From a virus (taxonomy: Duplodnaviria > Heunggongvirae > Uroviricota > Caudoviricetes): 55,162 nt of DNA. Below are positions 46,532 through 55,162 of the stretch, piece after piece. The position numbers and the translations under genes are program-made. The notes below the pieces were generated by a model that did no database searches, was not told the origin of the DNA, and saw nothing but the letters and a program-made list of their open reading frames with translations. Positions within the stretch are counted from its first letter, which is position 1. Each line of letters starts with the position of its first letter. Where the stretch lies: the IMG/VR virus record IMGVR_UViG_3300029718_000386; one strand, given 5' to 3'.

Positions 46532-47083
46532 TTATGATTGAATTTGAACATTGCCCAAGCCATCAATAATGGCTACAGTTTTGATATCGAAATCGTCTGA
46601 CAATTGGAACTTATCGAGTCCATTTTCTGATGGAAAAACCAATGCCGTAGGAATCTTTGATTGCATTCCACCATAGTTTGTTTCGATCATTCTGGACTGA
46701 ATATGCTCATCGTTTTCAGGGATATAGAACACAGAAAGATCTTCTGCATGATCGTTTTTCACACCGTAAAAGTATGCAATGCTCGGATATTTTGGCTGAA
46801 AATTACACCAGTTAAAGCGATCACTTAGATTTACGAACAGCCAAATCGCCTTGTCTAAAGTAGGCGTAAGGTGTGAATAACTGTAACCTTTTGTTGATGT
46901 CAAATACTTTTTCGTTGAGTCAAAATAAGCATCTCGACGAATGGAAAGCGTGCGTAAAACATTCTGTGCAGTTTGAGTATCGACATGATTGACATCGAAC
47001 ATTCGTTCTAATTGCTCTGTGCGCACAATTGATGCAGCGTCAACCAGGGACGCTGCACGTTGATAGATTTCATTAAACTTCAT
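46532..47083 (-). CDS. Hypothetical conjugation-linked protein (DUF5697-like)
   Basis: AGGAGG RBS; EQL..MF, KAIWL, YP..YF pattern; directly downstream of VirB4. Confidence 0.6.
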   Translation of the reverse strand: MKFNEIYQRAASLVDAASIVRTEQLERMFDVNHVDTQTAQNVLRTLSIRRDAYFDSTKKYLTSTKGYSYSHLTPTLDKAIWLFVNLSDRFNWCNFQPKYPSIAYFYGVKNDHAEDLSVFYIPENDEHIQSRMIETNYGGMQSKIPTALVFPSENGLDKFQLSDDFDIKTVAIIDGLGNVQIQS

Positions 47084-47197
47084 AAATTTACCTCCTGTTG
47101 TCTATTAAAAATAAGTTCTTAATTTACAGATAACACAGGCATAATTCTCTTCTTATTCTCCTTCCCTTGTACCTGAAAATTATCTGAAAATTATAAA

Positions 47198-49729
47198 TTA
47201 TGCTGCCAAATCAGCAGCGGAAATTTCTTCACCGTTTTGAATTTTTTTCAACAATGCACGATCCGTCGTTACCAAAAGCGTTTCATATTTTGATGCTTTA
47301 TAGTCAATGGCAAACGTGTTTGAATTTGATTTGACAAGAATCTGTCCGCGACCGAATGCCATGATTGTGTCCTTTTCGCCATCAGATAGATCGAAAATTC
47401 TTTGAATTGTGTCAGCCTCTTTCTTCTCCAATCGAAGCAGCAGCTTGATTTTGGAGTTGTTAATGATTGATTCGCCGTATGCACCATTATCAAGTGCAAA
47501 GAAATCCTTGATGTCCTGCGTTGCCGCGATAGCTGCACCACCATATCCACGAATTGTTTTGAAGATTTTCTTGATGAATTTTGCTGTTAATTCATTCTCG
47601 CTGATTAGCTTCCAAGCCTCATCAATGGCAATAATCTTCTTTTGCGTTTTGTCTTCACGAACCTTGTCCCAGATGTATTCCAAAGCCACATACATTCCGA
47701 CGGGTTTTAATTCATCGCTCAAATCCGTCACGTCCATAACGATGTATTTGTTGTCCAAATCCACATTTGTTTGTCCGTTAAAGACTGATGCAGAGCCATG
47801 CACGTACCGATTAAGGATGTTTGCAAGTCTGGTTGTCCGCTCGTTTTTGATCAGCTCATTGTAGAGATCTTCAAGAATGGGCATCTCTTTAAACACCGGA
47901 TATCTGGTTTCTTTTCCGTCAATCATACGTGTCTCATAGTGATCCAAAAGGCTCTTATTATCCTTTGTAATCCCTTTTAAGGCATACGTATTGATGATGG
48001 CCTCGTCCAAAAGCTGACGCTCTTCAAGGGACATATCTGACAAAATCAGAGAGAAAAATGTGGATAAGTTTTCAATCTTTTGATTAAGCAATACAACCGG
48101 GCGGCGGCGTCCTCTGAACATATAAGCGCTCAAATCATCATTCTCTTCAATTATCTCATCAGCCTCTTCGAAGTTAATTGTTGGACGAATTTCCATAACA
48201 TTAATTGTGTTAACAGAACCGCTGGAAATGTTGATGTATGATCCTCCAAGTGCAACAGTTGAGGAAAGAAACTCTTCTCCCTTTTCCGGAATAATTGAGA
48301 AGACCTGTACACCTTTTAATCTGTATCGCATACAAATTGTTTGAAGTGTAAATGTCTTACCTGCACCGCAAGTGCCAAGAAGCACCATATTTGCATTTGC
48401 ATATTTCTTTGTATTGAAATTATCAGAAACAACCATGGAGTTGTTGTCTTGGCTAATGCCAAGTAGTATGCCGTCATCATCAGATACCTCAAAGGAAGTA
48501 AATGGATAGATGGAAGCAAACCCGGTTGTTGTCATATTACGCTTTGCTTTTTTCCAAAGTTTTTCAGGTAATGTACCGGCGATCATCGTCGATTGTAAGC
48601 ATTCTTCAACACGGTATGGCATCTCCATCGCTGTGATGTCAATGGTGCTCAATTTCTCACGAAGCTGCCCCTGCTTGTACAACAAAACATCCGGATTTTC
48701 GTCAGAAATAGTAATCAGCGTACCGACGTAGAAAAACTCCTCTCCCCCGCTCAAAGCGTTTTTTATGAAATTTGAAGCTTGAATTGAGTTCACAAGTTCG
48801 TCTTTGTTGTCTCCTTCAGCGTTGCTATGGTTGAGTCGAGCAGTGTTGATGCGAGCCTTTTGCCGAACTCTAGACTTCATTGTCGTAGTTGGCTTTTTTT
48901 CAACGAATACATCAACATCTACACCCTCACAGAAATTGAACAGGAAGTCCATCCAGGCGCCGGAAACATACTCAGGGTAATCGGATCCAGGAATAAGTAA
49001 AAACGTGTAATAAACGCCGTCTACGACCGCATAATCGCGATGAATTTCGATATCTTTTGGCGAGCAAATATCGTTGTAATATCCTTTTGCCTCTACCATT
49101 TTTTCTTCGTCGTTATTGTAATACTTAAGAACACCGGGTTTACTTTCGTGAATACGATACCACATTTCTCCCAGGTCCCCGTTGCGATTGGCAATGCGAT
49201 AAACGGTCTCTACGACCCATTCCGCCTCATTTTCGTGGCGAACTGTTTCGTTACCGCATCCACGCAGATACTGCGTTGCTGTCTGTCTGGCACGGCGTAG
49301 ATAGTCAACAATATCGTATTCATTATTAACCGGCATGTTTTCAGTCTCAGTAAACTCGAGAATTAAGTAGAAATGTCTTTCAATTCCCTCTCTGTTCCCC
49401 AAGTTGCGGACCAAGTTAACATACTCTTTTTGATACTCACCAATATACTTGTTGTCCGCTTCATTCTGAAACTCCTTTTGCAGATTTGCGATGTAATGAT
49501 CTACGTTAGCGCGTCTTGATGTCACCTTAATGCGAAAGCGTACAGGAAGGATCTTTGAGTATGCGGCAAAAGCGTGAATTATTTTTCTCTTTTCATCGAC
49601 GCTTTTGTACGAGAAGTTGATCGGGTCGATTTCGAGAATGGTCAAATATCTATTGTCTGTTGTAACGATTACTTCATCGAGCATCTTATAAATATTGATG
49701 AAGTCATTTGTTGCTGTAATGATAAACAC
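47198..49729 (-). CDS. virB4: VirB4-like conjugative transfer ATPase
   Basis: EIDPINF, YPFTS, N.NMVLLGTCGAGKT, PEKGEE, INVM, PILEDL, FNGQTN, IDEAW, IRGYGG, ATQ; GTG start. Confidence 0.93.
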   Translation of the reverse strand: MFIITATNDFINIYKMLDEVIVTTDNRYLTILEIDPINFSYKSVDEKRKIIHAFAAYSKILPVRFRIKVTSRRANVDHYIANLQKEFQNEADNKYIGEYQKEYVNLVRNLGNREGIERHFYLILEFTETENMPVNNEYDIVDYLRRARQTATQYLRGCGNETVRHENEAEWVVETVYRIANRNGDLGEMWYRIHESKPGVLKYYNNDEEKMVEAKGYYNDICSPKDIEIHRDYAVVDGVYYTFLLIPGSDYPEYVSGAWMDFLFNFCEGVDVDVFVEKKPTTTMKSRVRQKARINTARLNHSNAEGDNKDELVNSIQASNFIKNALSGGEEFFYVGTLITISDENPDVLLYKQGQLREKLSTIDITAMEMPYRVEECLQSTMIAGTLPEKLWKKAKRNMTTTGFASIYPFTSFEVSDDDGILLGISQDNNSMVVSDNFNTKKYANANMVLLGTCGAGKTFTLQTICMRYRLKGVQVFSIIPEKGEEFLSSTVALGGSYINISSGSVNTINVMEIRPTINFEEADEIIEENDDLSAYMFRGRRRPVVLLNQKIENLSTFFSLILSDMSLEERQLLDEAIINTYALKGITKDNKSLLDHYETRMIDGKETRYPVFKEMPILEDLYNELIKNERTTRLANILNRYVHGSASVFNGQTNVDLDNKYIVMDVTDLSDELKPVGMYVALEYIWDKVREDKTQKKIIAIDEAWKLISENELTAKFIKKIFKTIRGYGGAAIAATQDIKDFFALDNGAYGESIINNSKIKLLLRLEKKEADTIQRIFDLSDGEKDTIMAFGRGQILVKSNSNTFAIDYKASKYETLLVTTDRALLKKIQNGEEISAADLAA

Positions 49730-49809
49730 CCCCTACTAAAAAAGGCAGCACGCGCAAAAGCTCGTACTGCCGAATCAGGATAACCTTTTGCGAATTTAAC
49801 CTATGGGCG

Positions 49810-49986
49810 TCAATGAATTGCGCCTTGAACAACGAAATTAGCAATTGTCAGCGCGAGCATTACAACAAATGCAATGCCAATCCAACGTGTACGCTTGTCT
49901 TGCCAAAATTCTTTGAACTTCTCTTTGGTAAATCCGTTTTCGCCATTTTGACGAGTGTTCTTCTTGTCTTTGTCATCAATTTTCAT
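49810..49986 (-). CDS. Small single-TM protein
   Basis: AGAGG RBS; C-terminal TM; lies between PrgI and VirB4. Confidence 0.6.
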   Translation of the reverse strand: MKIDDKDKKNTRQNGENGFTKEKFKEFWQDKRTRWIGIAFVVMLALTIANFVVQGAIH

Positions 49987-49999
49987 AATCATACCTCTC

Positions 50000-50371
50000 T
50001 TATTCTTGATTTGTTTGTTTTGTTTGTTGAACATCAGAAAGTACATTTCTCATGCTAGCTTCGAGTTCGTCTTCGTCAATGAAGAGCTCTTCTCGTTTGT
50101 ATTCTTTTGGCTGCGACTTAAAGTGCAACCATAGAAGCACATATTCTGTAACTGAGCACTTATGAATTCCAAAGAACCCAAAAAATGCAGCCGGGCCTCC
50201 GAAAAGAATAATCAAGACGATTCTCGCCTTGACAGAGATTGGCAAAAAGCCAAAAATCAATACGAAAATCGCAAAGAAAATAACGGCTTCGACTACGTTG
50301 CGCATACTGCGACCCGAGCCGGTGATCATATTATCTTCGTAATTTTTAGGAATAAAATATCCGTCTTCCAT
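50000..50371 (-). CDS. PrgI/VirB3-like membrane protein
   Basis: YFIPKNY...RNVVEA, two TM, FGI...S; upstream of VirB4. Confidence 0.8.
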   Translation of the reverse strand: MEDGYFIPKNYEDNMITGSGRSMRNVVEAVIFFAIFVLIFGFLPISVKARIVLIILFGGPAAFFGFFGIHKCSVTEYVLLWLHFKSQPKEYKREELFIDEDELEASMRNVLSDVQQTKQTNQE

Positions 50372-50610
50372 ATGTTCCATCACTCCTTTGAAAAAAAATA
50401 AAAAGAGAACTATCAGATGATAGTTCTCCTTAAATTGCACATTTGCCTATCTGTGCATCTATTCAGTTCATATTTTCAAAAAAATCCAAAAAAAGATACA
50501 ACTTACGCATACCCATCATTCCGACGGATTCTTTAAGTGTGTTTCCATTTACGCAGGCATTCTTTTGAGGACTTCTTTGATTTCATCTTCTCAATAATTA
50601 TAACATAGTC

Positions 50611-50649
50611 AAAAAAACAGGTCAATAACACCGAAGCATTATTGACCTG
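50611..50649 (-). terminator. Long-stem intrinsic terminator with UUCG loop
   Basis: CAGGTCAATAATGC-TTCG-GTGTTATTGACCTG followed by T7; a TG-T-TATAAT promoter follows at 50606..50598. Confidence 0.85.
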
Positions 50650-50674
50650 GTAATATCGGGAAATTCAGGAAATA

Positions 50675-53600
50675 TTATCCATTACCCCAAGAAAGAATTT
50701 GCAGGGTTCCGTCCTCTCTGCCGATCCGGTAGCACTCTGAGTGTCCGCCTGGTGTGAAAATATCAATGCGTCCACGATTGTTGCCTGTGGGGGCAATATC
50801 AAAATCACTACCGCCTCTGTCTGCCACCGTATACACTGTTGTCTTATTGCCGATCTTGACACTGATTTTCGTCCCTAATGGTAGCCAGTTGCAAGCAATG
50901 TAATGCGGATCCGACATACCATTTCGTATCTTTTTACCACTGGCCGTCGTTCCGGTTCCGCCCGTTCCGTTGCAGATAGCACAAGCGCAATAGTGTGTTG
51001 CGGTGATCTTGTATGATGTTCCGGGAGAATAGGTGCGGCCTTTGTAAGTGTGTTTTACAGTTGTAGTAAAGAGTTTTGATGGGTCTTTGTACGAACCATT
51101 CACCAAATAGCCAAAATGCAAGTGAGGACCAGTTGAGTTACCTGTATTACCAGAGTACCCGATAAGTTGCCCCCTTGTAACCTTTTGGCCTTTTTTTGCA
51201 ATTCTTTTGGATAGATGGCAATATTGTGTCGTTACATTTCCGCTTCGAATATAAATATGTTCACCGAAGCTTCTATATGCCAGACCATTTGGCGCTTTCA
51301 AGCCGTTTCCTGCAGAACCGCCTGATGTTGTATATGTTGACTCGGCAACAACGCCATCAGCTGCGGCAAACACCTTTGTGCCCACAGGGACGGCAAAATC
51401 AACGCCATTATGGTTTGCGTAACCGTAGAATCCGGTTGTAATCTTATGGCTCTTTGTAGGCCATCCAAGCACACCAGATGTACTATATGTATCAATGCTT
51501 GAGGACATGGACTCCAATTGCTCTTGATACGCAGCATTGTAAGCATCAACAAATGACTGATAGTCAGGTTGCGCATATCCGGTTACAGAGTACAAATGAT
51601 AATAGTGTGATAAAGTCTTATCGATGGGCGTTACGGTTCCGGTTTTGGCATCAATTCGCACATTTGTCACTGTAAAGTTTGATCCGCGAATATTTCTCGT
51701 TACAGACCAATCTTTGTAGTCTTTATAGTCCGTCAGATTTGCTTTGAATGGCTCATCGTCATAATTATAAATAGCCACATTGATTGTTTTGTTTGTCAAA
51801 TTAGCACCTGTTACAATGCCGACCTGATACGCCCAGTTGTGATTACTATATTTGGCAAAGGCAGCGTCGTAATTTTTATTATTCTTTTGGCCGAACAGAG
51901 ACGCCATTGCGATGTTTGGATAATTCTTAAGTTTTTCTCCAAGCTCATTTCCCTGCTCTCCAGCTGTCCAATAGAATGCCGCATTCATAAACAGCATATC
52001 GCCTTGCTTGATGTGCGTACTACTGTTTTTGTTAAATGCATTTTTCCAACCTTCTTTGTACGGCTTTGATTCTTTAATCAATGCGTGGTAGCTGTTTTTT
52101 ACTTTGGCCTGGACTGCCTTATCTTTGGAGAGATTGTGTCTGTAATATTCATAATACTCCTCTCCGGCAATCATCTTGAAATTCTGATTTGCTTTTCCGT
52201 TCTTTGTGCTATACTGTCCAGGAAACAGATACTCTCTCAACTTTACCTTAGAATTTGACAAAGCCTTTTGGTAGATGCACGTTACAAATAAACCATCTTC
52301 GCCTTTGGCCAACTCGCCTTTTGTAAAGGTCTCTTCGTTGTATTTAATTACATTCCCGGCAGAGTCTTTTGTGGCATAAATGCTCTTTACGCTGCCATTC
52401 ATCATGTTTTCGAACATATCGTCAGTGACGAATATGCCCTTTCGGTTAGATAGCGTCGGATTACCGACATAGCTTTTTGCCATAACTGCTACATAACGTC
52501 GTGCAGTTGCTTCGGTCAGGTTTCCGGTAAGAAGTCCATCGCCTTCTAATTGACTCAATAAACTCTCGCCGCCACAAAGCTGTATATAAACCGTGTGTGC
52601 TGGTGTCATTTTACAATACGGATCGTATTTCTCATCGCCTTTTTCATATTCGGGCGTGTTTGTTGCTGCTTCTATAATGGCATCAGAAATAAGAGTTTTT
52701 CCGGCCACTTCTTCCATTTCTTTATCAGTCAAGTCGAAGATCTTTTGAACAAAGCGAGAACTCGTGGTACCGTCAGCATTCTTCAGCTGCTCATTTTTAT
52801 TATCGTCGTTTGCAAATACCGATACATTAACAATAATGCGTTTAATGGAGTGGTAATTCGTATCTCCCTCTGTCGTATCGCTCAAATATGCTTTGTCAAT
52901 ATTGGAAATCAAATTTCTGCCAACATTTATCTTGTCGCTTCCCACTTGGTAGGAATAATCATACATTTTATCTGCCACGTCCGACTGATGCATGTAGTAA
53001 TAAAGCGCAGATGTGTCTGTAAGACCCCAACTGGCCATATTGGTATCCACGCTTTCAAGATCGGATTCCATTTTTGCAAAATTATCTGCAACTTGAGTCA
53101 TATTGAATCTTGATGCCGTGCTATTTCCAACCTTGCTCACGACCCTGCCGACATCGATAAAAACAGATTTTCCGCCTGTTTTTATGTATCGCTTTACAGC
53201 ATCTAATCCCTCATTGAATACAGATACAACGCCATTTTCTTCAATCAGCTTCTCGCGGTATTTAACAAACGCGTTAATAATCTCCGAGTAGGTGTAGTCA
53301 TATGTTGAAGATCCGCTTCCGGAATAAGCATTTTTATAAACGACTTCTACACAGTTGTTGTCAGGATCTACATAACGAAATACTGCATCGTTTAAATTCG
53401 CTCCCGTATAGCCGTCCATGTCTACTCCAATACTAAACTCTCCACCGTCATCAATTTGATAGGCGTATCCGGATCCACCGAAGTGTTCTTCGTCATAATA
53501 TGAATTACACAGAGTGTCAAAATTTGGAATAACCTTGCTATTGCCTAAATCTTTCTTCATGTGATTAACAGTGCTCCAGGCTGCATCGGATACAGCATCG

Positions 53601-54370
53601 TCTATGGCTACTGTTGCCTGCTTTAAGGTCCAATCAGAATAGCTTTTGTTAATATTATTCCAAATCATCGCCGGAGTGCTTAAAAATAGCACAATCATAG
53701 CGCAAAGAAGAAATAAAATCGGCAAAACGATTCTAAGAATTGCAGGTATAATGCGAACTCCGTCTTTAACAGCGCCTGCATAGTCGTCTGCCATGGCTTT
53801 TGCAGCAACCTTACCGGCACCAATAGCAACATCCTTTATGTCTCCGGCTGTATTCTCAATGTCGCTTTTACCATTATCTTGATAGAGATGCGCAGTGTCT
53901 TGAGCAGCTCCGCGTGCAGCATTGGCAATCCCGACTGCATCTGCAGCACCACCAGCACCACCGGAACCACCTGAGCCCGCGTCACCACTCTTTGCATTTT
54001 CTGCCGCTTTTCGATTGTCTTTTTGCTGCTCGTTTTTAGAGTCTGATGCATTGGACGGATTTGAATCTTGTGACTTATTTTGATTGTCAAAAGGTTGCCT
54101 GGTTGGGTCTCCGTTTGGTTGGCGATTTTTATCACTGTTGTTTTGTGTACTTCCGGAGAACGCACTTGAAGCTGACTTCATTTTATCAGCTGCGCCTTTG
54201 AGATCCGGTCCAGTGGCATTAGCCGATGGGGACGGCATGTTCCCCACCGGCTGTTTTGTAGATTGTTTGTTTTGATTACTGTTAGCGGAATAGGAATTGT
54301 TTTGTTCTATTCCTGTTTCATTGCCAAGATTAGTGCTTTGCTGATTGGTTTCAAATTCTTCGTTTGCCAA
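50675..54370 (-). CDS. Conjugative cell-wall hydrolase with M23 peptidase and 3D (MltA-like) domains
   Basis: Low-complexity N-terminus, one TM; HNGVDFA, YCHLS, GNTGNSTGPHLHF (M23); ATHYCAC..TASG..PLGTKI..ADRGG..IDIF (3D); TTG start. Confidence 0.88.
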   Translation of the reverse strand: MANEEFETNQQSTNLGNETGIEQNNSYSANSNQNKQSTKQPVGNMPSPSANATGPDLKGAADKMKSASSAFSGSTQNNSDKNRQPNGDPTRQPFDNQNKSQDSNPSNASDSKNEQQKDNRKAAENAKSGDAGSGGSGGAGGAADAVGIANAARGAAQDTAHLYQDNGKSDIENTAGDIKDVAIGAGKVAAKAMADDYAGAVKDGVRIIPAILRIVLPILFLLCAMIVLFLSTPAMIWNNINKSYSDWTLKQATVAIDDAVSDAAWSTVNHMKKDLGNSKVIPNFDTLCNSYYDEEHFGGSGYAYQIDDGGEFSIGVDMDGYTGANLNDAVFRYVDPDNNCVEVVYKNAYSGSGSSTYDYTYSEIINAFVKYREKLIEENGVVSVFNEGLDAVKRYIKTGGKSVFIDVGRVVSKVGNSTASRFNMTQVADNFAKMESDLESVDTNMASWGLTDTSALYYYMHQSDVADKMYDYSYQVGSDKINVGRNLISNIDKAYLSDTTEGDTNYHSIKRIIVNVSVFANDDNKNEQLKNADGTTSSRFVQKIFDLTDKEMEEVAGKTLISDAIIEAATNTPEYEKGDEKYDPYCKMTPAHTVYIQLCGGESLLSQLEGDGLLTGNLTEATARRYVAVMAKSYVGNPTLSNRKGIFVTDDMFENMMNGSVKSIYATKDSAGNVIKYNEETFTKGELAKGEDGLFVTCIYQKALSNSKVKLREYLFPGQYSTKNGKANQNFKMIAGEEYYEYYRHNLSKDKAVQAKVKNSYHALIKESKPYKEGWKNAFNKNSSTHIKQGDMLFMNAAFYWTAGEQGNELGEKLKNYPNIAMASLFGQKNNKNYDAAFAKYSNHNWAYQVGIVTGANLTNKTINVAIYNYDDEPFKANLTDYKDYKDWSVTRNIRGSNFTVTNVRIDAKTGTVTPIDKTLSHYYHLYSVTGYAQPDYQSFVDAYNAAYQEQLESMSSSIDTYSTSGVLGWPTKSHKITTGFYGYANHNGVDFAVPVGTKVFAAADGVVAESTYTTSGGSAGNGLKAPNGLAYRSFGEHIYIRSGNVTTQYCHLSKRIAKKGQKVTRGQLIGYSGNTGNSTGPHLHFGYLVNGSYKDPSKLFTTTVKHTYKGRTYSPGTSYKITATHYCACAICNGTGGTGTTASGKKIRNGMSDPHYIACNWLPLGTKISVKIGNKTTVYTVADRGGSDFDIAPTGNNRGRIDIFTPGGHSECYRIGREDGTLQILSWGNG

Positions 54371-54406
54371 TTCCTAAACCTCCCTTCTTCTGCCTAGTTT
54401 GGCTTA

Positions 54407-55162
54407 TTACTCATTTTCTTCGTATTGTCCTCTTGACGAGAATCCAGGATCAACAAACTTTGAACCTTTGCGATTCAAGTCGTCTGCTGTCATGCTACGG
54501 AATGAGTAAGAGCCAACAGCTCCTGCAGAATTGTAAGCCGTATTCATACTAGTGAGCACAACACCATTTTCTTTCGCATAAGTCGTTGCAGCTTTTGTTG
54601 CGTCCGCTGCAGTATTCCCTGTAAATGTAAATGTTCCGACGTTTGGATTATCGCCTTTTTGTAAACCACCGTGTGTTCTATTGTAGTTAACAGCCACAGC
54701 TTCTGGTGAGATTGCACCTGATGCACGATGACCGTCCACTTTCGCAATAACTGGTCTACCACTATTGAAGCCAACAACCGCATTTCCCTTTTTGAGTGTC
54801 TTTTGTACATCACTCATAACGCCGGATGCTTGAGCTGGCGTGATGCGTCCATTGTTAGACAGAGCATCCATAACCTGAGATGCATCGATAGAGCCATCTT
54901 TGTCTGTTTCGTAGTTTGGAAGTCCGGCCAGGGAACCATCCATATTGCGGTCAAATTTATTTTTGTCGAGCATGCCAAGTGTATTTTCTCCAAGTTTAAC
55001 CCCTTGTTTAATTGGTGCATCTGCATTAATTGTGTTGTTTTTCTTGCCTGCAACCGGCGTGTCTGAAGCACCAGAAATGCCACTTAAAGGATTTGCATTT
55101 GAACCTGATGGCGTTTCGCCAGTTGAAGCTCCACCAGATGCTGATTTACCAGCACCGCCGCC
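54407..55162 (-). CDS. C-terminal part of a conjugation-locus protein running off the window (possibly the soluble tail of a VirB6-like protein)
   Basis: The frame stays open from 54973 to the window edge (GGGAGKSASGG...GENTLGMLD); identity inferred from position only. Confidence 0.6.
   Translation of the reverse strand, partial: GGGAGKSASGGASTGETPSGSNANPLSGISGASDTPVAGKKNNTINADAPIKQGVKLGENTLGMLDKNKFDRNMDGSLAGLPNYETDKDGSIDASQVMDALSNNGRITPAQASGVMSDVQKTLKKGNAVVGFNSGRPVIAKVDGHRASGAISPEAVAVNYNRTHGGLQKGDNPNVGTFTFTGNTAADATKAATTYAKENGVVLTSMNTAYNSAGAVGSYSFRSMTADDLNRKGSKFVDPGFSSRGQYEENE

Larger units (their letters stand above)
7011..55162. mobile_element. Large integrative conjugative element (or integrated conjugative plasmid) at the tRNA-Leu 3' end, continuing beyond the window
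   Basis: Abrupt change to AT-rich sequence after the tRNA; VirD4/VirB4/PrgI/cell-wall hydrolase module; TA, defence and phage-like cargo. Integrase and far att site are not in the window. Confidence 0.82.

Noticed and set aside
50440..50600. prgI/virB4 leader as an antitermination RNA
   Set aside because: Only a repeated TGCGTAA and short stems are visible, too little structure to support a call by eye

Overview
Positions 1-~7010 are GC-rich chromosome of a Clostridia-type (probably Oscillospiraceae/Eubacterium-like) bacterium. They carry an ABC exporter, a Gfo/Idh/MocA oxidoreductase, the SCIFF ranthipeptide locus (scfA/scfB, with an unusual precursor), an Orn/Lys/Arg decarboxylase, a membrane protein and tRNA-Leu(CAG). 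After the tRNA the sequence becomes AT-rich, and the rest of the window (~48 kb, running off the right edge) looks like one end of a large integrative conjugative element. In order it contains: (i) phage-like small genes with thymidine kinase; (ii) a variable hotspot (9.7-22.5 kb) with toxin-deleted TA remnants, promoter-driven structured RNAs, a 2203-aa Rhs toxin plus membrane immunity gene, HigBA, an ABC-ATPase+TOPRIM pair and a DUF3990/HTH pair; (iii) ~12 kb of small, often acidic, phage-like ORFs plus guanylate kinase and a Thg1-like enzyme, organised behind a family of repeated promoter-hairpin-U tract-RBS leaders; (iv) a RecG-like helicase and surface proteins; (v) a Gram-positive T4SS module (VirD4, VirB4, PrgI, M23/3D hydrolase). 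No integrase, recognisable relaxase, phage structural gene, reverse transcriptase or CRISPR array is visible. The most novel-looking signals are non-coding: the repeated attenuator-like leaders, two stand-alone multi-hairpin RNAs and an orphan abiF-like RNA whose toxin gene is deleted. All family calls come from motif recognition by eye; no searches were run.
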